In this document: positions 27,701-41,571 of the stretch, piece after piece
How the letters are laid out: every line of letters starts with the position of its first letter
How positions within the stretch are numbered: position 1 is the first letter of the stretch
DNA from: Bugula neritina
Lineage: Eukaryota; Animalia; Bryozoa
Reading direction: 5' to 3'
Length of the DNA stretch: 64,000 bases
NCBI GenBank assembly: GCA_964035545.1
Contig: OZ037768.1
Span: 18,273,700 to 18,337,699 of the forward strand
Program-made: the position numbers and the translations under genes
The notes under the pieces: generated by a model
What the model saw: the letters and a program-made list of their open reading frames with translations, nothing else
What the model was told of the DNA's origin: nothing
Databases searched by the model: none

Positions 27701-29806
27701 TACATATAAATGCAATTTTCGAAAAGGGGGAAATTTATAGTGAACATTTATGAAAGGGAGGAATGGTATAAAAAAGTTTGGGAACCACTGATTTAGAGTG
27801 ATTATGGCAGTCATATATAGACTTATAGCCTATACTATGATTTTAAATATCCAATTGATTCTGCATGTTACTTTTAAAAAAAATTTTGTGGTGAGAAAAA
27901 GTTGTACTAGTCTGCCAAATGATGTTAACAACAGAAGCCATACAAGTTTTAATTCAAGCGTAAACCTTGTTTCAATATTAGTCTTAAGGAATTCATGGCT
28001 GATCCAGTATCAATCAGATCAAACATTTCTCTAGCAGCATGATCAGTAAACATGAGCATGTGAGTAGCAGTAGAAGATGAGCAAATATAAATATAGAAAC
28101 ATAAAATAACCGCTCAGACTTCTCTAGATTGCGTGGTATTTTTAATCTGATACTACAGCTTCCTGTGAGAGCAAATATTAACTTAATGATATGTCAGAAA
28201 TTATTCATGCTTCATGAATTAATCATAATTACATAATTTAACAGCATTTAATTTAGCGTTGTAAAGGAAACTTGAAAATTGTTGAGTAAATTTTCTCTTT
28301 GCATTTCAGTTAATTTTGTTTTACTCCGTTTTGTGCAATGACTCTTGAAATTAGAACTGGAATGAATAAAACTTGACTTGTACAAACAATATTATATAGA
28401 ACTGACTTGTATTATCTACATAGAAGACAATGTTTTTCATATAATAATATAGCTGGACTTGTATGTATTGTATTATGTTAAATGTCATTATCTGATGTAG
28501 ATGTTATGTAGTTTCCTTACAAATGATTTCCCATCTAGTATTTTGTAGCTTCATTAAAATAATTTATTTACTGCAATGCAACATCTTTTAACTGATCACC
28601 AGAAGCTATGAGAGAAATAATAAATATTTCACAACTGTTTATTGTTTTGTATATACTCAATAATTTTTCTCAAACAATAATTAGTAATTAATTAAGTGAG
28701 TGTTCTAATAAATAAGTTATATATTTTTAATTTAAAGTACCAACTTATTTTATCACAAAGCTCAAAAAAGTAATCACAGCTGGGTTGAATATTTTTACTG
28801 CTTTTAGACTTATTAACATATATATCAGTAATTAGGAAAATGTCCCAAATTTGAAAACAGTTCAAAAAGAACTTAAAATGTTTATAATTTAACCCGACTC
28901 AAGATTTTATTGAAAATAGAATAACAATCAAATTATATTATTCCTATAAAATTCCAAAAGCAATACATCAAGTTTATCACTCCAAATTTTGTGTTCCACT
29001 AGAACGTATATAGACCTGAAATTAGTACCAATTTTATATTGCTACAAAGCCATCTCGCTCTCACCTCTAGAAATGAAGTTTGTGAAGAGTGTGGTATCTC
29101 GACTCTGGTATGAGAAAATGCTACAGTTCCATTTTCTGTGTCTGAACTGGTGCTGACACTCCTCTTCAGCTAGCTGTATTCCTGCCCCCATGTCTCTCAT
29201 CACATCTGGACTATTCCTACACAACTTCTTCTGAGCACTAGACAGTCCTGGAATGTTATCACAGAAAATTCCGGATCCTAATAGCTGAAACTGAAGCCTG
29301 TTAAAGAACCTACAAGAGAAATGTTTGGTTTAACATTTTGTTATAGGAACACTGATAATAAAACTTGTTATATTTTTGCTCATTGCTATACTCTGCCTAT
29401 ATACTTGCCCTTATTACTCTTCTCTGCCTGTACTTAGACTTATACTTACACCATACCTATACTTATACTATGCTTATTACTATATTGATATACTTACAGT
29501 AGACTTACACACAGCTATACTTATAGTTATTTAAAACTAGAAACATAAAAATAAGCAAGGAAATAAGTTACGGTCTAAACAAACACCAACAGAACATGTC
29601 CGTATATTATAAACCATCAGAAGCAAGTACAGTTGACATTAATTAGCTATATAAAATATTAAACTAATTGTTAAGCAACAAGAAAACAACTCAACAAAGT
29701 GGAACCCTTACCATGGAGTAGTTGCAGTTCCTTCAGCTGGGTCACTTAGTAAAAATATTGAAAAGGTAAAAAATAAATTATTAATTAGCAAATTTTTGCA
29801 GTTCAT
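24773..29806 (-). CDS. Wnt2: Wnt ligand, Wnt2 subfamily
   Basis: Exons 29806-29712 (signal peptide-like), 29309-29065, 26223-25943, 25605-25341, 25017-24773 splice in frame. Wnt motifs ECQHQFRHRKWNCS, MNLHNNNAGR, KCKCHGVSGSC (acylated Ser motif), CKFQWCCYVQC; Wnt2-type segments CDNIPGL, CDPSKK..SRDSKGEFDW, FTDAKE; adjacency to ST7 supports the subfamily call. Confidence 0.93.
25203..25295 (-). repeat. tRNA-like repeat family B, copy 2 (internally deleted)
   Basis: gcccctactaggattcgaactcaagacctctggctgcgctaacaattacaac...ggataaactcaacactacaa aligns with 17342-17445 with the anticodon region deleted. Confidence 0.7.
26684..27790. mobile_element. Non-autonomous hAT (Charlie-like) DNA transposon, 1107 bp, in Wnt2 intron 2
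   Basis: TIRs cagtggtgcccaacct / agtttgggaaccactg; perfect 8-bp TSD atttagag at 26676-26683 and 27791-27798. Confidence 0.92.
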
Positions 29807-31064
29807 AGTTATTTTCTTTTAAAACCATAAACATAATAATAAAATAACTTATCTAAAACTAAAAATAGAAATAACTATTTCTAAAAATAGCCATTCTGGC
29901 AAAATGAGCAGTGATACTATTTCCAGAGATTACAGTATGCAAACTACAAGGGAAGAAATAAACTTTATTTAAGCATCGAGCTAACATGCCTCCTCTCATT
30001 TCATTGGCTAATACAAACTTCGCTTATATTGACACTACTCAACTATTTGTTGCTTAATTAACCGAAAAACTGCAGTACAAATGGTAGTACTACTTGTGCG
30101 GGTTATTTGAGTTGCTATATAACATGTACCTGAAATAATAAACAGACACATTTCTGTTGATCTACGGCAGGTTATTTGTATACTGTTTGTGTCTTCTGAT
30201 CGGAACAGGAAATAAGTTCCTTTGATGCATCCAATTTGTAGGTAGGTAAACAGGTAGCGCAGCGAAACTTTGTAAATTATGTTTAACAAATTTATTTATT
30301 ACTTTTTCTGAGATATAAATTATTGAACTAAAAAAATAAAAGTTGTATGTAACAACTTCAGCTTGTAGCAACTCATATAAAGTAAAAAGATTTTATGAAT
30401 TAGAATTCCGGACAAATTGCCAGCTGTACTCATAATAAGACAAGATTTGGCATAATTTTAATGTTGATGCATTTTGAAATCTAATGCCTTAAATACAATT
30501 AAGATAATATGGAATAACAATTTTAGTACCACATCATGTGGGAATTATAAATATTTTTCTACATTTTCAATTAGGTTTGTAGTTGTATTGTATTGCTGTT
30601 TCTTGCAATAGTTAGAATGTAATTAAACTAATGAAACACAATAGATCAAATCTTGTATTATTTTAGCTAACAAACACTTTTCATTTTAGTACTGTTTGAC
30701 ACAATACATACTAACCACGTTGTTAAGCACATGATGCGACTGTTGCTAATTTTATAGTAATTTAATTAAATTGATGTTTGCTCTAAAAAGTATATCACTG
30801 CCATATTGAATACAAGATCTTGTCTGTGTTTGAACAAACTGAACTCAGATGTTTAACATATGTTACTGTGCATACCGAATTTTCTGGGTTAGGGGTTGAG
30901 AGGCTTATTATCAGAGAAATATTATTTAATAATTTTTCATACAAATACTGATATCATCAATACTGATAACACGATATATTTTTATTGATAATAAACTGCA
31001 ATTATTAATCATTTAATTTGGAGTTGCATCACCCCATTCAGCAACCAGTTTTTACTAGTTAGGT

Positions 31065-31391
31065 CAGGGCTGTCCAACAGGCAGCCCGGGGGCTGGATGC
31101 GGCCCCAGCCTATATTTATGTGGCCCTCGAAGGCATAAAAAATAAAATTATTTTTCACAGTATACATGAGATAGAATGAGAAATCACATTTAAATCTCTT
31201 ATTTATATACATGCAGCCTGCAGAAATTTTTGAGACTTCCTTGTGTAATAATTCAAAGGAGTTTGGACTAAAGTAATCTAAAAGTTACTAATGCTGTGGC
31301 CTCCAGCTCAAGCTAAAGCTTACAATGTGGCCCTCGCCACCAGAATACTCCCTTTCAGTGGCCCTTGGTCTGAAAAGGTTGGACACCCCTG
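31065..31391. mobile_element. hAT (Charlie-like) MITE, 327 bp
   Basis: TIRs cagggctgtccaac / gttggacacccctg; perfect 8-bp TSD agttaggt at 31057-31064 and 31392-31399; subterminal tgtggccc motifs. Confidence 0.92.
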
Positions 31392-32429
31392 AGTTAGGTA
31401 TTGTACGTAGATACTTATAGTTGTTTTGGGAGTTGTTATCTTTTTTTAATAGATATGCCTACACCTCTAGATAACAAAATTTGTGTGCACAATGAAATAA
31501 GAAATATAGGTTGACCAGCCAAAATTAGCCCATACTTATTATAATATAATATTTATTGTAATATTATAACAATTATTATAATATAATAATTATAATATAT
31601 CATTATACTGGTAGTGACAGCAACAAACCTATAGAGTTTATTATGCAACAGAGCCTGCTGATAATTATGTAACAATTATATAATACATAAATGAATATTT
31701 TAATATGCATATCTGCTACAGTGACCTTTTAACCTGTATGAGCCGCTACCAACCTTCTACTACTGCAAGTATTCTACCAATTATCGGGTTTAGGTTGGAT
31801 ATAAAAACAGTATGTCAATTTTGACTAATAAATTAACTTTTGTATCCAGGATTTTAAAATTTAGACATCTTTTATTTCACAAAAATTTCATGAACAGTTG
31901 AGGTCCACTACTTCTACGTTTGTCAATATTGTTAGAAATATAAAAGCTTCGATTTTTACAAAAGAGCTTCTATTTGGATTTTTTCCAATTATCTTATACT
32001 CAATCTTATAAATTATACTGTCTAGAATAAAAGAGAAGCCAATTCTGTCTATACACAACATCTCTCTCTATTTGTACACAGATATTACATAAAGTTTCCC
32101 AAAACTACTTCTCACAACTAAAACATTGTGGCAACTTGCACTACTACATATTATGTTCGTATCTTTTAATATTATTGATCTTAAATAATATTATAATTAA
32201 AAATTGAAAAAATAAATTCATGGTCTAAGTAAAGTATAGACCGAAAAAGCACTACAGACTCTGCATTCTATAACAGCTGTTTGGTATGTAACTCTGTAAT
32301 AGTACAGAGCAAAAATATATCACTGGTATGGTAAAGTTTTATATAAAACTAAGTAAGAGATATATTTGGTTAGATTGCAGTCTTAATTTCCTAAAATGAG
32401 AGTTGAGAAGGGGAGAAGGGGGGCGTCCC

Positions 32430-35400
32430 TCAGCTTGCCAAGCCTTCCTTAGCCAGAACCAGCTGCACAGCCTCCAACACATTAGTCACTCGATAATTGG
32501 GCTGGCGGAGGTCCTCATCTATGGCAAAGTCTACGTGGCTGCTGACGCCCGTCCCGTAAGCCAGCTTCGTGGTATCAGCTGAGTATACCCCAGTGTTCAC
32601 TAGTATAGATTCACAGCTCTCAGCTGAGTCTAACAATTCTTCCTCGTTGATTTCGTGCGCCATATTGCCACTTTCTACGTGGGCTGGAGCTCCTAGCATC
32701 ATCTTACTTCGTTTACCTGAAGCATAAGATGAACAACACTGAGTTATGCCGCATATACAAGAAAACAGATTAATGCTTAGACAGAGCCCTCAACTGTAAA
32801 GACAGTAGAACTTTCGGATAACTTACTGATGAGAAGGGTTTTTGGACACAGTAATAATAATACATAATTGACTATTTGAACCACCCTTCTATAGCTCTTT
32901 CACACATTAGAATATTTTCATATAGCTATCGTAGTTATTATTATATTGACTACTAAACAGTTTGATGAGAGAGTGATCAATACTCTAACAGCCCGGCTAA
33001 ATACTAATAGCCATTTAATAACGACAGCAGATACTAGCTCCAATTATGTTTTATCATTAATATAATCAATCTCTAATGCAATATTTTTAGGAGTGGAAAA
33101 ATTTTTCATTTTTCTGGAAAAACCAATTGAGTTTAAAATTAAATGACTTTTTTATCGAACAAACCCTACAAGTACAAATCCTATCAAACAAAAGCAGTAA
33201 CCAGTAATTTCATGCTAAACATTTTTGGTACAAAGTGAATGACCTGCGGAGTTATCTTCCCAAAGTGACAGTTTCACAAATGTCCACATAAAGTTATAGA
33301 AATTTTCATTTCAAACTAGCTATGAAATAAGTTGCCCTGAGACTGCTGAGTTAAAGTGCATTGAACTCCAAGCAGGCGTAAATGACTGATTATAATCAGG
33401 TTATGGCAGCAGCATTGATTGAACTAGCAAGTTGACCTTTGACTTACATTGTGGAAACATGAGGTGACAATGCATAAGAAACTGTAACTTATATTCCATA
33501 TTTTAGCACAAGCTTGAGGTGATTAATAAGCCGTGAAATGACTACAGGGCGGGCCTTTGTAGGTCACATAATAAAACAGTTCTAAGTGATTGCATGGAAA
33601 CAGCAGTTTCAGTACAGCTCTTTTAATGAATACCTTCTCATTACTAACTGTAACCAACTTGACAGCAATGATAAGGAAGAAAACTAGCTGTGGAATAAGA
33701 TTTCAGTGAGCTGTCACATGAATTCACTTATTTTATGAAGAATTGTGATTTTATTTTTTACTGGTAGCACAACAATCTGCAGCAAATTTCAAAAAGTTTG
33801 ATTCACCCGAGAGATTGCACACTGTAGTCTTATAGATGATGTCACATCCTGTAGAAGGAAGACGCACTCACCTATAGTAGACACTTCAGCATGTCTTGCC
33901 TTACTCTTATTCTGAAGGTATCTGTTGTATAAATTCGCACCATAGATATCAGTATCAGGATTGTCTCTGAAACATAACAATACAACTGAGTTACTTAGGA
34001 ATAACCACCACCCACTACCTTGTAATTACTGCCCACGTACATTACAGACTAATAGCTAACAAGATAGAGGTATTCATATCAGAACACGATGCTGTATCAT
34101 TTACTATGACCCAAAGTGCTGGATTAAGTGATTACCTCTATATAATGAGAGGTGGAAGTCTTGAGGTACAATAACCTTCACCTTACCTATGAAGTTCAAT
34201 ACAAGAAACTTAAACAGGACAGTTTAGCGTGTGAGGTCAAATTGTGCCTCTGAAAATTAGCCTGGGCACCACTAGAACTGAGAAGTTGCCCGACCTTATA
34301 TACAAGGCACTACCTCCTGAACGCGACAACTACGATGTAGAGAGGAACCATGTATATGATTTATTTAGTCTTATGCGAAATTCCACTATCCTTGATCTAA
34401 GATACCTTATGACTGGCTACTGAACTGAGAGAATGGAAGTATACAAAGGAACCAGTAATAATGATTTTGCACTCTATACTAAGTTATAAATCAACCTTAA
34501 CACAATAGCTCCTTCACAATAACATCCTCTCAGCAACCAACATGTGTGATAGAATCATCTCATGAAGACCTGCATGTTACATGCTCTAGATTACTACGTG
34601 CTGACTGTACACCAGTCATGCTGGCAGCCAATAAGGCAGCAAATAGAACCTCCGGTCTGTGCTAACAGAATATGGGACACCGTGCCTACATCCTGTTCTA
34701 GTCAGAAGAGCAGACAACTAAATGGCAAGTCCACCTCCACCAATTAGACTCAGAGTTACAACTTCTAGAGATGGGTGGGGTGACACGACTCACCGCAATT
34801 CAACAGAATATTTGTTACTAAAGTTCGCCTTCTCTTTCAGAGTTGGTTGAGATAAGCACAAGTTAAAGCAGAACTAGATGGCAAGTGAAGACTAGAGAGA
34901 TAGTGCTTTGCGTGAATTTAATAGTTAGGATTCCTAACCATTAATTGAAGGAGGTTGGGGCAGGTGAGAATAGTACAGAACCACAAATGAAACTAAACAC
35001 AGCAAAAAGGCTACAGGATATTAAATCATGACAAAGCTAGTTTGGTACTGATGAGGCTATACTTACACCATGTAATAAAAAAATCATGGTTTGCAAATCA
35101 ACTTTGGCATAGTTGCGAAATTAACTACAAAACAGTTTTAATGTTTCCAGAAAGTTTCACAGCTTCATCGCAAGTGAATAACCTCTACACTGGATTCCAT
35201 ACAGAGAAATTCAGTACAGAGTACAGAGTATATAATACTATAGAGTACACTAGTTCTGTGATTCATTACCTAAAAGGATGTTACACATGTTACGCAACAT
35301 CTCCTATCATAACAAATGTGAGGCAATACATCTGACCAATCAAAACTGCTGCAAGGCCGTGCCTACTGTTTGCCCACTGACTGCACTTGTATACGTGACC

Positions 35401-38400
35401 GTGAAACTAACTAGCAGCCCTCGAGTGTTGTGTAACTACAGTAGCTTATTCAATCTTGTATTCAGGAATTTCTAACACAGCATTCCAGTTTTTATGCCAT
35501 AAACTTTCCAACAAAAAGACTAATGTAGGTTTTAGACATCCAGGTATACAAAGCAAGATTATATTGAAATGAACAAAACAAATGGATTGAAACCAACCAA
35601 CTTATTAGAGATGCATCCATATAACCTGAAATCCTTTCCAAGGATTCACTCTCATGAAACCTGAATATTCAATATGTTTGCAGAGTAAACGAATTGAGAG
35701 CACAGAGAAGAACTTACAGTAGCAATACCCAGTGAAACAAGCTTAATACTTAATACTACATGCATTATACTCTATAGCCCACACTCACCCAACGCAATAC
35801 AAGTGAGAGATAGTTTTGTCAATGTTGATAGACTTGGCATGTTCATTAAGACAGTACTCAGCGTGGTGATACGTTATAGGGCTAGGTTTGCCAATCAAGG
35901 CAGTATATTTGAGATCTTTTCCCGAAAGTTTCTACAACACATGAAAATAGAAGTGAGTGAACTACACTACACAAACACAGGCAAGCTGTTATTAGGTAAG
36001 GTGTACCATACAAAACAACAAGTATATATGCAACTGGGAATTGTACTACCTCCAGCAAATATTAGTATGATTACATTAGCCTTACCTTAAATAAATGCTC
36101 CAGGCAAAACAAGAAACAGCCATGGCCGAATCTACAACAAGCCATAAATAGAGCTCATCACAAACTTAATGGGACACAAGTGTGTCATGTGGACATTCTT
36201 GTGGCTTTGAAGTGAAGACATCACTGAGCAACAGATGACCTTGTCAAGTGATGTACAGACTTGCTGAGCCAACAACTGCTATGCATTGAGCTGCTTACCT
36301 GGGCATACACGCTTCAGCCATCCACACCATGTCCATGTTGCAAGCTAGTATAGGTATGTGCTGAGCGGGTACAGTGGTAGGGCAATGGTCGGGCTTGCCG
36401 TTGGTCATGAGAAGGTCAAGGACTAGCTGTAAGTTTGTCTCCCAACGTATGGGTTCTCCAAACAATATTACAGCTTCAATTTCAGGGAAAAACTCTTCAT
36501 ATTCATCAGCCTAAAGCATACGTGGAGCAGTTGCTACTTGCATATACACCATGAACTGGTATTAGTACACAGAGAGAGAAAAACATGGTACCACCAGCAA
36601 TATAATGAGACTTAGCCAAACTAAACAATCTATGACCAGTAGAGAAATGTTGCTGGGTGTACTGCAGTGACCATACAAAATAGTGATATAACTTAATGGT
36701 CAAAATAAACGTGCATTATGTCTTGCTCATTCATTTAACAGGCTTTTATTACTGCATTCAATCAGATGTTAGAAACAACAATACAAACTCAATAACAATA
36801 TTGATTTATACCATTACAGCCTGCTATAAAACAACTTGCCCTTCACAGTCTTGCATATACTACATGAATACATATAGATACAGTGCAGCTGATTTCTAGT
36901 GCCTGGTTTATATGATAATTATAGTTGACCAGCACTTCCAGATTTGATATTAAATGTTAGCAATATAAGAGAACATATATGTTGCTGTTGAGAATTGCCT
37001 AAGAGATCATGTTGTATGTACATATTCTATGTTTCTAATTTTCTAAGTCATCCTATTCAATGCTCTAAAGTCTAAACCAAGAGACACAAGTGCAATATAA
37101 AAGAAGCAGCAACATCAAAACTGCACATATATAAATATGATGGGTGGAAATATAACATAAACCACCAAACAATATTCAGTGAACTGAGTGCTGGTTTCCT
37201 CCAATAACCTCCCATAAAAAATAATGATTTTTTCATTGACAATATGACCAGTACAAATGCACACCTCATCGTGACCTCTGCGATTGTGATCCACCATGTC
37301 CAGCAGTGGGTAGCTCTTGCGGAAGTTGTCAATCGTCACGACCTTTTGAAATCCTAAATTCCTTGCAATTTCTCTCACGGGTCCCTGACCGGACACCAAC
37401 ACAGTTTTGTTGTGAAATTGCTGGAACATCTTGAGTGGCGAATGGGACATAACCATCTGCTCTTGGTGAATCTGTAAAGGCAGCATTTTGCACAGTCAGC
37501 TGCATAACAAGTATTAAAAATAAAAGTAAAATTTGTGTTGCAACAAAATTGAAAAATCATTCATTATATTTAATTTTAAAACTTTGTGACTGCGGAAAGA
37601 TAACTAAAAGCTAGAGATCCTGAAATTTAGTAGTTTGTTAAAAATCTGCATGCATTGCATCAGCATTTTCTCCCAGACTATCAGAGTATCAAGATTTGGT
37701 TGCAGTGTCGGCCATAACAATAGATTAGAGACACAACATTGCATCAGCTGCACCCCAATAATCATGCACGCGGTGTGTGATCCCAGACTCCGTGTTACAC
37801 AGAGCAGAGTGTTCTAGGATATTGACATCCATGGTAAATGAGATCTTCATAACTAGAGGCGGACAAGGTGTAAGGAGCTAGCGACAGAGCTAGGGAGCTA
37901 CTTGGACATTATTTCTAGATACTCTTTGTTATAACTCCATACGAAATATAATAAACATTCTGCCTAAATGTGTTTCATTTACTGTCATTCAGTTCAATGC
38001 AGTTGACTTGCTGTGTAATAAATAATGTTGGGGAGAAAAAGCCAAAGGGAATAATGCATACCTTACACAAATATAAAATGGTATATTTCATACTAGCTGG
38101 CAGCAGGGATAGTAAACAGTAAATGCTGCCAGGAATCAAAGAGCTATGTAATAAGGAGAGGAAAACGTCAACACACCTTGATGCCGAGCCTCTCAGACAG
38201 CTGTTCAGCCTTCCTAGATCTCAGAGTATTGCCGGCATTTGTGACAAACACGGTTGGTATTTTGAATTTTCCCTTCTCATCCAGCAGTAAATGCAGAGCT
38301 TCTGCTGAGTGGGAGAAAACTTCCTTCCCTCGAACAAAAACTCCATCTATATCAAACATGAACCCAAACCTGTTGGGAGTCTAAAATAGAAAAAGTAAAA

Positions 38401-39030
38401 ATATATGAGTCAGCAGCCTATAATAGCACATACTGACACCTCAGACACCCATATCATGTTGCAGTTCTTCCTGTACCACTGCACGCTTGCATATTCAGTC
38501 TGCCTGAGGGTGAAACTTATACACGTTAATAGCCTAGGTTCCCAGTCTACACACAGCTGAACTGATATGTTAAATGAGGTCTTTACAGCATTTCAGAACA
38601 ACATTGAAATTATGCTAAAAACAATTAATAACAGATTTCTATTAAAAAATGGAGCCACTTTTGTGAAATGCAATCACAGCCCTTCTTATTGTATTTTCAA
38701 CTTAAAGCAAGAGCAATTACCTGAATAATCAATACTCTCTGTCCCAAAGCAGCAACCCTTTAAGGGTACCATAATCCAAAACATTGGATATATACAGAAA
38801 ATTCTAGAATATAACAAGCGAATACTTACTTTAGTTCTTGAAGAGGCAGCACTTTGACATGAGCTGGTATGAAAGGCAGCAGCTCTTACAGAAGATGTAC
38901 TACTCTGAGAACAATATAGCTTAGTGTGTAGCTGTTGACTCGGCATGGCATTCTTGTTCCTTAGAAGTTGTCCACACCACATGCGTGTCTCGCCTTTAAG
39001 TAGCGCAGACTTTAGACCTATATTCGCCAT
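32430..39030 (-). CDS. HDHD5: Haloacid dehalogenase-like hydrolase domain-containing 5 (CECR5), HAD class IIA, probable mitochondrial presequence
   Basis: Exons 39030-38830, 38380-38177, 37471-37265, 36510-36299, 36131-36086, 35931-35789, 33966-33872, 32716-32430 splice in frame. HAD motifs FGFMFDIDGV, FVTNAG, GKPS, VGDNPDTDIYGAN, SILVNTGVY; family segments GEPIRWETNLQL and WMAEACMPRFGHG. Confidence 0.93.
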
Positions 39031-40456
39031 TTTTACTCAACTTTTTCAATTTCTCCTCTTTGCTTTTGTATGTGTTTCAATTTTTATAAGGTTTTGAAAC
39101 AGCTGAATTTCTGCAAAATAAACACAAAATAAATAAAACACTTTGAATAAAAAGTTAGAATAACCAAAGTGTGTGGGACCTAGCTACCATACAAAATAAC
39201 AAAAACTTACTAACAAAAAGCTAAAATAGAAGTTTAAATTTCAAATGCATATATTATAAATAATCAATTATTGCAATACCAAGTATAAGATAGGCAATAA
39301 ATATGGTAGAAGTTATGCAAGTTAGTTAAAAGTTGATTGAATAAGAATAAACAACGAAACAATTATTTAAAGCAGCAATCATACTCTAAGAATAACAGTC
39401 ATTCTAGTAGCTTTAACTTATTCTTAACTTACATCTCTTAGAACCAATTTCTAAATCAAACAGGTATAAACACTACATTGAAAATAATTAGGTTAATTAA
39501 TTACAAACATACTGCTTCATTCATAATATTGGCAGACTGGCAATGCTAAAACCCCATCAATTACAGAAAGTGTTTTTAACCTGTCAGGTAATTGACTACC
39601 ACAACAGTGCGAGTACTTGAAGTAAATATCAATGTAAAAATAGAATAGAATCTGAAAATAAATAAAAACATTCTCTCAGCTGAACAAAATTTTTTACTCA
39701 TTTCAAATTCGAGTCTAACTGACATATATAATTTGAGTTACTACAGGCATAGTAGCTTAGAGAGTGCCAAGTTAAAATGTTAATAAATTTATCAATTACA
39801 CTTTATTAATAAAACTTCAACCTGTAGTAGCCCAAATCTAATAGTATACTAGTATAATTATTATTATTTTAATAACTGTGTCCATGAAAATGAACTATAC
39901 TCATAATTACATTGGGTGCTTTAGATTAGTATACAACTTTTGGATGGAATGAGAGCAAAAGTAGATCAGAAAAGTCAATTAGTGAATTAAAGTCTTAACT
40001 TGAAAAGTAAACGAAAAAGAGTTGAAGATTAAAAATCTAAGATCTATTAAGATTTAATTGAAATTTTAAAAATGAAAGCCGTATTGAAACTCAAAAATAC
40101 AGTAAAATGTTCCTATTTTAAAATTTCCAACAATTAGTGATTGACTAAATTTTTAGTTGAAATGAAAACGTAATCGGTTTAAACCCAAGTCTTGTACTTT
40201 ACTATAACTAGTTACCATTAGTATTTTTAACAGTAATTGATTACTAAATACTGAAAAGCTGACCGTTACTATTATTTACTTTGTACTTGCAGGTACTGAG
40301 CTATCAGTATTACTATTATTCCTACCGTGATACAGCTAGTCATGCGGATAGTGATAATCATGCTGATACTATTACTGGTGTGTTACTCATGGTAATTTAT
40401 AGACTTACTCTTAGAGTAATACAAATAGTAATACTAACACTAATGTTAATAAACTT

Positions 40457-40622
40457 GAAGCAAAACAAGTAAATTTGAGGTAAGCAAAGTAATGGAGAAA
40501 TTGAAAAAAGCCTGTGTTGTAGATTAGAAATGTAGCAAAAGAAGTTATGTCCTCGCACCCCAAACTAAAAAATAATAAAACAATTTAAGAGCTAAAGCTA
40601 TCTCAACTTCTCCACTACTGCT
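40457..40622 (-). repeat. Dispersed repeat family C, copy 2
   Basis: aagcctgtgttgtagattagaaatgtagcaaaagaagttatgt is the reverse complement of the core of 2395-2578. Confidence 0.75.
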
Positions 40623-40789
40623 CCTAAATGGTAAATTTAATGATTTATTATAACTTTATTATAGTTATACTTACAAGTTGAAGTTATATTAATATTATAA
40701 TAATTATTTATACATAATAACCATTTAATTTTATATCAATATTATTATAACTGTAATATATACATTTAATATTCATAACCATAATGGAT

Positions 40790-41560
40790 ATTGATAAAGT
40801 AAAAGTAAAACTAAAAGTAAATGTAATGCTGTTAGTAATACTAATACTAATAGTCAACGTAATACTAATAGTAATTGTAAAACTAAATTTAATAGCACTG
40901 TAGCACTAATAGCAATAGTAATACTAAATATAATACTACTACTAATAGTGATAGTAATAATAGACTATTAGTATTAGTATTACTATTGAACGAAGAATTA
41001 CTTTTTCAGTTTTTGTGACTGTCTTAGTCATTACATTTACTTTTACTGTTTTAGTGGTTCATTAATTTTTTAAAACTAAAAGCAAAACTTAAACTAAAAG
41101 TACATGACAAAGTAATAAGTAATAACTAATATAAATAACTGAATAAATCTAAGTATAAGTATAACCATAAGTATTACTAAAAGTAAATTAGCACCATCGC
41201 TATGTCTATTACTATTGTATTAGTATTAGTATTACTATTAGTAATAGTATAAGTTTAGGCCATAGGCTATAAGTATAAGTAATTACTAATACTACTACTA
41301 GTAACACTAAGTCTAACAGCAACAGTAACGTAAGTCTAAGTGTAACACTAACTCAACAAGTGCAACTGTAACTGTGAATTAAAAGTATAACCTAACGGCT
41401 AACAGTAACAGTAGAGTAGACGTAGAACTAGAAGGCAAAGTACTAGTACTAGTAGTACTACTACTAGTACTAGTAGTAGTAGTACAGGTACTGGTAGTGG
41501 TACTCCGTACTACTACTACTACTAGTAGTAGTAGTACTAGTACAGTAGTAGTAGTAGTGC
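40790..41560. repeat. Low-complexity 3/6-bp periodic tract ending in mixed (TAG)n/(CTA)n microsatellite
   Basis: Degenerate agtaat/actaat/agtaac hexamers, then alternating tagtag and tactac runs at 41440-41560. Confidence 0.85.
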
Positions 41561-41571
41561 ATAGACACTCA

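Noticed and set aside
37776-37990. Possible solo LTR
   Set aside because: Has aataaa and TG/CA candidates but no TSD or second copy.
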